DNA of 64,000 nucleotides from an uncultured Ignavibacteriaceae bacterium (GTDB lineage Bacteria; Bacteroidota; Ignavibacteria; UBA10030): NCBI GenBank assembly GCA_964362905.1, contig CAYIHQ010000001.1, positions 65,163 to 129,162 of the forward strand, read 5' to 3'. Shown piece by piece: positions 57,691 to 64,000 of this stretch (position 1 is its first letter; each line of letters starts with the position of its first letter). The notes under the pieces were generated by a model. It saw only the letters and a program-made list of their open reading frames with translations, ran no database searches and was not told where the DNA came from. The position numbers and the translations under genes were made by a program.

Positions 57691-58584
57691 ATGATAGTAA
57701 AATCCGTAGCGCCTTCTAGTGACATCGGAGTAATCGCCGGAACCACAGCGCAACACCTCGTCATCTCCGTAAGTGGCGTCGCCGACATCGGAGTGACACT
57801 GAGGATCACTCGTCGATCCGACGCACCGCGTGGCCTGGTCACCCTTGGAATGGGAGGCACGGGAGCAGACTTCTGGACCGATGAATCTCTAGAGCCAGGA
57901 GGGATCGAGCTGGCGGAGAGCCTTCTGGCCAGCGGCTTCGTGGTGGTGGACCGCAAGTGGGATCCGCCAGGCTGGTTCTCCTACGGTGCATCACCACGGA
58001 AGTTCAGCGCACGCAGCGCAGTCATGTTCCGGTGGGTCAAGAAAGCGCTGGGACAGAACCTGTGGATGGGAATGATCGGGAACTCCGGTGGTGCTGCCGA
58101 AATAGGCTACCTTCTCACCTCATGGGAAGCAGGAGGCGTACTCGACCTGGCAGTACTCTGTGCTGGACCCCCATTGTCAGACCTACGAGTGGCATGCAAG
58201 GAGCCACCGGCAGACTGGTGGGTAGCAAAGGTCGCACAGCTCGTGCCCCCGGGCATGCTGAAGTGCTCCCCCGTAGATTTGACCCACCCGCCAAATGGGG
58301 TGCTCTGCCCAGTGCTTCCCCCCGCAGCCGACGACAGCAGCCTACTCAATGGCAGCGTGATGTGGCAGAATGCAGCCTATAGCTACAGTCGCACGCACGC
58401 CTATTTCATTATCGGTGAGCTGGACTGCACTGTAGCCACACCACAAGCACTACTCTACCACGAGGCCATCACATCGCCCAAGACCATGGTAGTAGCAGCG
58501 CAGACACCCCACCTGATTTCCACTACAGAAAGTGGACGGTTAGAGATTATGAAGGCAGTCAACACCTACTGCCCACTCGGCTAG
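57691..58584 (+). CDS. Alpha/beta-hydrolase-like protein (297 aa)
   Basis: Nucleophile elbow GMIGNSGGAAEIGY (G-x-S-x-G). Its position after beta-strand-like segments is consistent with an esterase/lipase fold. Confidence 0.5.
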   Translation: MIVKSVAPSSDIGVIAGTTAQHLVISVSGVADIGVTLRITRRSDAPRGLVTLGMGGTGADFWTDESLEPGGIELAESLLASGFVVVDRKWDPPGWFSYGASPRKFSARSAVMFRWVKKALGQNLWMGMIGNSGGAAEIGYLLTSWEAGGVLDLAVLCAGPPLSDLRVACKEPPADWWVAKVAQLVPPGMLKCSPVDLTHPPNGVLCPVLPPAADDSSLLNGSVMWQNAAYSYSRTHAYFIIGELDCTVATPQALLYHEAITSPKTMVVAAQTPHLISTTESGRLEIMKAVNTYCPLG

Positions 58585-59039
58585 GTGATGCGCTGGGTGT
58601 AGCCAACGACGTAGCAAGAAGTTCCGGCATCGAGTTTGGCCCTGATAGTCAGCGCGCTTGTAGGATGATACAAAGCAGCGCCCTGCACCAGCGGAACAGT
58701 GCTCAGAGTGAGTAGAGTGTAGCGAAGGTCGCTACCCGCAACTCCCCACTCGACAAAAAGCGATTGGGCTAGAACACTAGAGTTGGAAGCCCAGAGCCAT
58801 ACCTGCTCAGTTGCACCCGCGGCAACCGTGTGCAACGTGGTGTAGGAGGTAGTAACCGAAATGGGTTTCCCGTCCGTGCTCCCGGACAGAATCGTCGTAC
58901 TCCGTATATCCCCAGAGGTACGAACCCAGAGCCTCCCCTGCGCATCCCCACGCGCAGGAAACCCATCGTTGTCAACCTCGGAGAGCGCACCCGGAGCTGT
59001 GATCTTCCGAAGCCACAAGGAAAAGACATTACTGGTCAT
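58581..59039 (-). CDS. Hypothetical beta-rich protein (152 aa)
   Basis: ORF convergent with the plus-strand module. Confidence 0.55.
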   Translation of the reverse strand: MTSNVFSLWLRKITAPGALSEVDNDGFPARGDAQGRLWVRTSGDIRSTTILSGSTDGKPISVTTSYTTLHTVAAGATEQVWLWASNSSVLAQSLFVEWGVAGSDLRYTLLTLSTVPLVQGAALYHPTSALTIRAKLDAGTSCYVVGYTQRIT

Positions 59040-59048
59040 ACTGTGCCT

Positions 59049-60848
59049 CTACATTTCCAAACGAGAGACCCCTTTCTCTTTCACCACCGTCCACACCTTA
59101 TCACAGTACCCACGAAATACAGGATTCTGCGTTGTCAAGAAGCAGGTGCTTACCCTCTCCATCTTCTCAGCCACAAGATCCATCAGACGGCGGATCCCAG
59201 CAGCATCTACGAACACAGCAGGCTCATCCAGCACTAGCACATTGCTCTGGTAGCTCGTCTGTGCCGTGGCCAGATCATGCAATGCGAAAGCAACAGCGAT
59301 GTCAATGCGATCCTTCTCGCCACCACTCGCTGACCCATAGCTCCCGCCACGAGTTGTCACCCCCAAATTGATCTTCCCACTCTCGTCCTGAAGTAGCTGC
59401 GCAGTGATCTCGCCCTCAGTAAGCACCTCACAATAGTGATGAATCCGAGCATTGAGGTAGGACAAGCTAGCCCCCAACACTTTGGCGCGAATGTCCTGAA
59501 AACCCGTGACCCAGAACTCCATGGCCTGCACCTGCTTCTGTGTAGCCACCAGGTCACCCCCCAACGCAGCCTTCTGCTTCTGGAGTGCTGTTTGTGTCGC
59601 CGCCAGCTCCTCGACAACCCGGTCATCCGGGGTAGGCTCTGCTAACGATTGCAGATACTGCTCGACATTACCTCTAGAAGTGGTAAGAGTTTGCTCCTCC
59701 CGGGTGAGCAACGTAAGCTCCTTCCCAAGCACATCAATGCGTGATCTATAGGTTGTAGCCGCTTGCCGCGCCCGGTCCGCAGTGGTCTCCGCGGATAGTC
59801 GTATAGCCCCCTTCTCGCGCGCACCCCGGTCGGCCACCTCACGAGATCGTGTGCGCTCATCACGGAGTGCCACCAAAGCAGCTTCGTCGAGTGAGGAATT
59901 GCACACGTAGCAACGTCCACCAGAAACGTGCGTCAGATTGGCCAGAGCCTGATCCGCGGCATGTACCATTCCACACGCAGAAGCATAGGTAGCCTCATGC
60001 TGCTTCAGCGTAGCAACAGCCTTATCAGCCACATCGAGCAGACGTGCATGCACCTGCGTTAGCTCCACATGCTGTTGCCTCTTGCTCGCGCTATCAGCTT
60101 GGACACGCAAAATCTGCGCATCCATGGATTGGCGCTTGCTCTTCGTAGCCTCCACGAGGCTCGCGCGCTTCGCCTGTGCCTGCGCGGCCTCGCTCCGCGC
60201 ACAGACCAACCGGGGCTCCAAGTCATTGAGCTGACGCATCACTTCCTGGAAGCGCCCGCCCTGGCCCTCCTGCACCATCTTCAGCTCCTGAAGAGCCTTG
60301 CGTGCAGCCTTACGCGCGTGCTCAAAAACTTCCAGACGCGCTATGGACTCCAAGACCTCCTTACGAGTTTGGTCCGTGAGCTGGCTGAAACGGTAGAGCA
60401 GCCCCTGGCCCAGCACCGTGGTGTAGAGAAATGTCTGCCTGTCCACACCAAGAATCTGGCCCAACAGCTTCTCCGTTGCGGCCACAGTGGTACGGGACAC
60501 ATCCTGTCCATCTACCAAAATTGACAGGCTGCTGCGACCCTCTGAGTGCTTTCTGTACCGCGTAACAGCAAGCTGCTTACCCTCCGCAGAGAGCTGCGTG
60601 CAAACAGAGCACTCACGACCATCTGGTTGTGGGAGTACTCCATCGGCAAACAAGCCCTTTGTAGTCACCCCAAAGAGGCACCAGGTCAAAGCCTCCGTAA
60701 ACAGGTTGGACTTGCCAGCCCCATTGCTGCTCGCACAATCTACATCCCGATTGTCCCCGTTGACCAGCACAAGTCCCTGGTCTTCAAGAGAGTAAAAAGC
60801 GTCCCCTACGCTAAGAAAGTTCTTAGCGTGCAGCGACAGAAACCTCAT
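59049..60848 (-). CDS. sbcC: SbcC/Rad50-like ATPase
   Basis: MRFLSLHAKNFLS..SSNGAGKSNLFTEAL (Walker A), long coiled coils with a CxxC hook (GGRCYVCNS), the signature SGGEKDRIDIAVAFAL, and Walker B VLVLDEP. Confidence 0.9.
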   Translation of the reverse strand: MRFLSLHAKNFLSVGDAFYSLEDQGLVLVNGDNRDVDCASSNGAGKSNLFTEALTWCLFGVTTKGLFADGVLPQPDGRECSVCTQLSAEGKQLAVTRYRKHSEGRSSLSILVDGQDVSRTTVAATEKLLGQILGVDRQTFLYTTVLGQGLLYRFSQLTDQTRKEVLESIARLEVFEHARKAARKALQELKMVQEGQGGRFQEVMRQLNDLEPRLVCARSEAAQAQAKRASLVEATKSKRQSMDAQILRVQADSASKRQQHVELTQVHARLLDVADKAVATLKQHEATYASACGMVHAADQALANLTHVSGGRCYVCNSSLDEAALVALRDERTRSREVADRGAREKGAIRLSAETTADRARQAATTYRSRIDVLGKELTLLTREEQTLTTSRGNVEQYLQSLAEPTPDDRVVEELAATQTALQKQKAALGGDLVATQKQVQAMEFWVTGFQDIRAKVLGASLSYLNARIHHYCEVLTEGEITAQLLQDESGKINLGVTTRGGSYGSASGGEKDRIDIAVAFALHDLATAQTSYQSNVLVLDEPAVFVDAAGIRRLMDLVAEKMERVSTCFLTTQNPVFRGYCDKVWTVVKEKGVSRLEM

Positions 60849-60854
60849 TGCACT

Positions 60855-61946
60855 TCAGAAAATCGGAACGGTGCCAGCAGATGCGTTCGCCACACCTATC
60901 TGCATCTGCGAGAAGTCCCCAGACAGCCCACCATGATAGTGGAGCACCCAGAGCTTGGACTCCGCATCCCACAGAATACTCGGGCCACCGATCTCCACAC
61001 TATCCCACCCCCCAGTTCCAGACCCCCGGGTCAGGATGGGATTTCCAGGGTACTTGACAACGGTGACCCCACCATCACCAGTCCAGGCCAGACCCAGACC
61101 ACTGGGGGTACTTCCGGAGCCCCCGGCGTAAGCGATGAGCGTGCCCGCTACCGGATGGGGAGTCGCGTGGACGTGGGACACGATCTGGGAATCCCACGAG
61201 CCTGCGGCTCCCCGTGGAATCACCGGCTTGGCGGAGACTCCTTGCCAAAGACCTGCCCCAACCCGCTTCATCAAGCCCACACGGAATCCCCATGCTCCCG
61301 GTGAGCTGCTGCCGGAGTCACCGTACCATACAGACTGCCCAGCGTAGAGCGCTCGTACCTCGGTGCCATAAGTGAACAGCGCGGGCTCCATCGGCCCCCC
61401 ACGGAGGCGCATCTGGCCCTCTACATCCTGCGAATAGTAGCCCTCCCACGGATACTCCGCAGTGCGCGCAACCCCCTGATAGACGAAGGGACCAGAAGGA
61501 GAATCCCCAAGGAACTCCACTATTGAATCCATACGACCCAGACCAGCAGGGCACGGGCCGGGCCAACGCAGAGCCAGGAGTAGTACACGCGCATCGGGTA
61601 GCACAAGAACACTAGGGGTCTCCCAATGCTGTGACCTCCCTGTCGGATCCGATCCAGCGCTACCGGAGAGCACAATCTCTGTAGCCATCGCCAGCCAGCC
61701 GTCCTCTGCACGCAGAGAAGTCATGTGCTCGATGGATTGGATTTTTCCACGAGTGCGAGAGTACCACATGTGCCACACTCCAGACACACGCAGTACGCAG
61801 GGATCACTGAGAGTTCCCGTAGGCCCGCTCCTGATAGGACCAGCCTTGGAAAACGCTGCGGGCCACTTCGGAACCTCAGGAGATGCAGCAGGAGAGATAG
61901 GCGTTGCAGAGACACTACCAATAGGTGCAAGTTGCGGCATTTTCAA
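60855..61946 (-). CDS. Beta-propeller glycoside hydrolase-like protein, paralog of 10528..11703
   Basis: VWHMWYSR, VRALYAG, KYPGNPILTRGSGTGGWDSVEIGGPSILWDAESKLWVLHYHGG, compared with ERNPNNPILTMGPSSWDSENIGGPCALIYNNKWYMWYHGG in the paralog. Confidence 0.6.
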   Translation of the reverse strand: MKMPQLAPIGSVSATPISPAASPEVPKWPAAFSKAGPIRSGPTGTLSDPCVLRVSGVWHMWYSRTRGKIQSIEHMTSLRAEDGWLAMATEIVLSGSAGSDPTGRSQHWETPSVLVLPDARVLLLALRWPGPCPAGLGRMDSIVEFLGDSPSGPFVYQGVARTAEYPWEGYYSQDVEGQMRLRGGPMEPALFTYGTEVRALYAGQSVWYGDSGSSSPGAWGFRVGLMKRVGAGLWQGVSAKPVIPRGAAGSWDSQIVSHVHATPHPVAGTLIAYAGGSGSTPSGLGLAWTGDGGVTVVKYPGNPILTRGSGTGGWDSVEIGGPSILWDAESKLWVLHYHGGLSGDFSQMQIGVANASAGTVPIF

Positions 61947-63052
61947 GCTCCAGACTCCTCAATCAGTTTCAATCCCAAATCGAGAAGCACTTCACGGGGC
62001 AAGCACGGATTTGCGTAATCTGCTACGTAGGATTCGACAGTCGCACGAACATCGAACCCTGGAGTAGCCATAGGCATAGAGGAAGAGGACGAGGTAGCCG
62101 AGGGAACTCCGGAGACCCTTAGGGACTCCACCGCATCTTGAAGTGCAGCCAGCTTGGGGCGTAGCTCCTCATAGGCTTCTACCGAGGAGACAACAACACG
62201 TAGCTTGAGGCGTTTGCTCAGGGATGTAGCACTAGCTGCACCAAACGAAGGCAAATCCTCGGCCTTCACAGTGTGATAGATAGGACCATGCGGGTTCTCC
62301 AGTCTACCATACCACCAGCCTGGACACGCTACTCTACTCGTTCCCACGTCCTCCGTGTCCGCGAGCAGCAGCACTCCTCGGGGCTCCTCCACAATGCTAT
62401 CCGAGTAGTTGTGATAGCAGGGGCTCCCCACCAAAAGAACAGGGCAGCCGTTTAGAGAGGGATAATAGACAGGGTGATGATAGTGTCCGTTCACCACCAG
62501 CTTGAAGCCCTCTGCAATCCGACCGCGGGTACCACGAGGGGTATCCCCAGGTTTGTAGGGCACATCCTTCAGCTCCCAGTGGGAGATCAGGATAGGAAGA
62601 TCACTGCATTTCTCGCGCGCTCTCAGACAAGCAACCTGTAGCGCAGAGGTGTAGTCCTCCAATTGCTTTGGGGCCGTAGGGGGGTAGGGAGCGAAGACAA
62701 AACGTCCGCAAGATGAGCACGATGGGGTGTCCATGACAGAAACCCGTGTGTGCCCCCGAAAAATACTGAGAACCGTCTGCTTCCCGTCGCTCGATGCCTG
62801 ATCGTGATTTCCAGGAATCACCACGAAATCTGCACACTCTGGAAGCCTGCTGATGATCTCACTGAATCCTCGTGTTAGCGCCTCCAGCGTTTCGATGTCG
62901 ATGTAGTCATGCGTGTGGTTGGCATCCCCGCCAAAGACCACCAAGTCTGGCGTCGTGCGTTCGATTTCATCCGCGATCCAGCGACAAGTCTCTAGCAGAT
63001 AACTAGAGCGCGTGTGAAAGAAATGCAGATCGCTGAAGACCAGAACCTTCAC
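61943..63052 (-). CDS. sbcD: SbcD/Mre11-like nuclease
   Basis: Calcineurin-like phosphoesterase motifs VFSDLHF, GGDANHTHD, IPGNHD and NGHYHHP. Confidence 0.9.
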   Translation of the reverse strand: MKVLVFSDLHFFHTRSSYLLETCRWIADEIERTTPDLVVFGGDANHTHDYIDIETLEALTRGFSEIISRLPECADFVVIPGNHDQASSDGKQTVLSIFRGHTRVSVMDTPSCSSCGRFVFAPYPPTAPKQLEDYTSALQVACLRAREKCSDLPILISHWELKDVPYKPGDTPRGTRGRIAEGFKLVVNGHYHHPVYYPSLNGCPVLLVGSPCYHNYSDSIVEEPRGVLLLADTEDVGTSRVACPGWWYGRLENPHGPIYHTVKAEDLPSFGAASATSLSKRLKLRVVVSSVEAYEELRPKLAALQDAVESLRVSGVPSATSSSSSMPMATPGFDVRATVESYVADYANPCLPREVLLDLGLKLIEESGA

Positions 63053-63279
63053 GCTGTTGTCTCCTTCTCCGTCGCTCGAAGCATCTGAACGATATCGGCC
63101 GCAAGTGCGGGACGTTCCATCTCCACAAGCTGCACGTATCGACGCATCGCATTGCGCGCCGCCATGTCATGCGTCAGGTCCAACACAAAGAGCACACAGC
63201 CGAAGTGCCTGCCCCCTGGTTCGTCAGTGCCATCGGTTCGTCGGACATCGTACTTCTTGTGCCATCCCTCGATCATCAC
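63049..63279 (-). CDS. Hypothetical protein (76 aa)
   Basis: ORF with ATGA coupling at both ends. Confidence 0.5.
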   Translation of the reverse strand: MMIEGWHKKYDVRRTDGTDEPGGRHFGCVLFVLDLTHDMAARNAMRRYVQLVEMERPALAADIVQMLRATEKETTA

Positions 63280-63515
63280 CCACGCCCCTTGCTAGTCCAA
63301 GTAGTAATCCCCAGGAACTGCTGCGCGCGCTCTTGATCGAGACGTATCCGAATCGTATCCCCCAGCATCGAGGTCTCCCATTGGCGCAGACCCTCCCACT
63401 CCTTCAGCAGATAGGTGGTCTTGCCGCAGCCTGGGAAGAACACTCGAATGTCCCTCTCACGAATCTCCAACAGCTTGCAATCCAGCTCAGTCAGTTGTGT
63501 GCGGCGAATCGTCAT
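63276..63515 (-). CDS. Hypothetical protein (79 aa)
   Basis: Coupled ORF. Confidence 0.5.
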   Translation of the reverse strand: MTIRRTQLTELDCKLLEIRERDIRVFFPGCGKTTYLLKEWEGLRQWETSMLGDTIRIRLDQERAQQFLGITTWTSKGRG

Positions 63516-63828
63516 CTTCTTTCACTCCACCATCAGGATGTTGGGCCTCGAAGTGCAAGCCAAATGTGGTAATGCCCCCGGGTGCAAAAGCACAAATAGC
63601 TATACCTTTGGCTAAGGCATTGAAAACATCTGCGGTTTCACCCTTCTTACTGCGAAACATGAGGCGATCTCCCTTCTCAGCCACAAGCTGCGCCAGATCA
63701 CTCGTCTGAGACTGAAGAGTAGCTAGCGACTCCTGCCTTAGCCGAGCTATCCATAGGGGCACCGCGGCACTAAGAGCCGTCTTCAACAAGGTTGGATCCG
63801 GGAACTCCATACTAGGCGGGGTCGTCAT
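63487..63828 (-). CDS. Hypothetical protein (113 aa)
   Basis: Co-directional ORF. Confidence 0.5.
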   Translation of the reverse strand: MTTPPSMEFPDPTLLKTALSAAVPLWIARLRQESLATLQSQTSDLAQLVAEKGDRLMFRSKKGETADVFNALAKGIAICAFAPGGITTFGLHFEAQHPDGGVKEDDDSPHTTD

Positions 63829-63885
63829 TTCGGATTGCGATACATCGAGGCGGACCTGGCGTAGTCGCCCGACGACAGGAGGAAC

Positions 63886-64000
63886 CTACACAGCGTTTCC
63901 CGGCGACCGACCGGCAGACGCAAGTGTCGCCTTGTGGTCACGAATGCGAGCGATCGCATGCGAGAGAGCAACCGGAACGCTGCCATCGAAGTTCTCCACG
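63886..64000 (-). CDS. Possible C-terminal fragment of a CDS entering from beyond the window end
   Basis: My translation of the open frame is ..VENFDGSVPVALSHAIARIRDHKATLASAGRSPGNAV, with the stop at 63886-63888. Confidence 0.3.
   Translation of the reverse strand, partial: VENFDGSVPVALSHAIARIRDHKATLASAGRSPGNAV

Overview
This 64-kb window reads as part of a large tailed dsDNA phage or prophage genome from a diderm host. I call about 105 protein-coding genes and no rRNA, tRNA or CRISPR array. Almost all genes are on the minus strand. They sit in long gap-free operons whose junctions are very often 4-nt ATGA/GTGA stop-start overlaps. One six-gene module at 55.1-58.6 kb is on the plus strand.

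Genes I recognise with reasonable confidence:
- Packaging: large terminase (45233..47242) and portal (43314..45236).
- Nucleotide and DNA metabolism: class II ribonucleotide reductase NrdJ (39248..43000), interrupted by a LAGLIDADG intein at the catalytic Cys; SbcC/SbcD; a RuvC-like resolvase; a DEDD exonuclease with a broken reading frame; a DPPY DNA methyltransferase; a DUF5131 (Gp37/Gp68) protein; MazG; an HU-like protein; and an MmcB-like PD-(D/E)xK nuclease.
- Glycan-related set: two GT9-like glycosyltransferases, two SAM methyltransferases, a DUF115-like protein and two paralogous beta-propeller glycosidase-like proteins.

Accessory content worth a second look:
- An orphan minimal Cas10-like palm cyclase (mCpol/GGDEF-like) at 10010..10531.
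- A macrodomain operon with an acidic protein and an XRE regulator.
- A pentapeptide-repeat protein encoded by 23 nearly identical 15-bp units.
- A RadC-like JAB gene with a frame break.
- A DHH-like protein.
- Tandem modular paralogs with an ADP-ribosyltransferase-like motif pattern.
- Arg/Lys-rich proteins sharing a conserved block.
- A recurring promoter architecture (CTAGG-N15/16-TGGTAnnnT) placed 6-7 nt from ATG codons, which implies leaderless mRNAs.

Base composition is visibly mosaic, with G+C-rich blocks at about 12.6-18.8 kb, 35.2-36.0 kb and 50.3-53.2 kb.

Limits: all functional calls come from motif recognition by eye. No similarity, HMM or structure searches were run. Most small ORFs remain hypothetical, and several start codons were re-chosen from overlaps and are uncertain.
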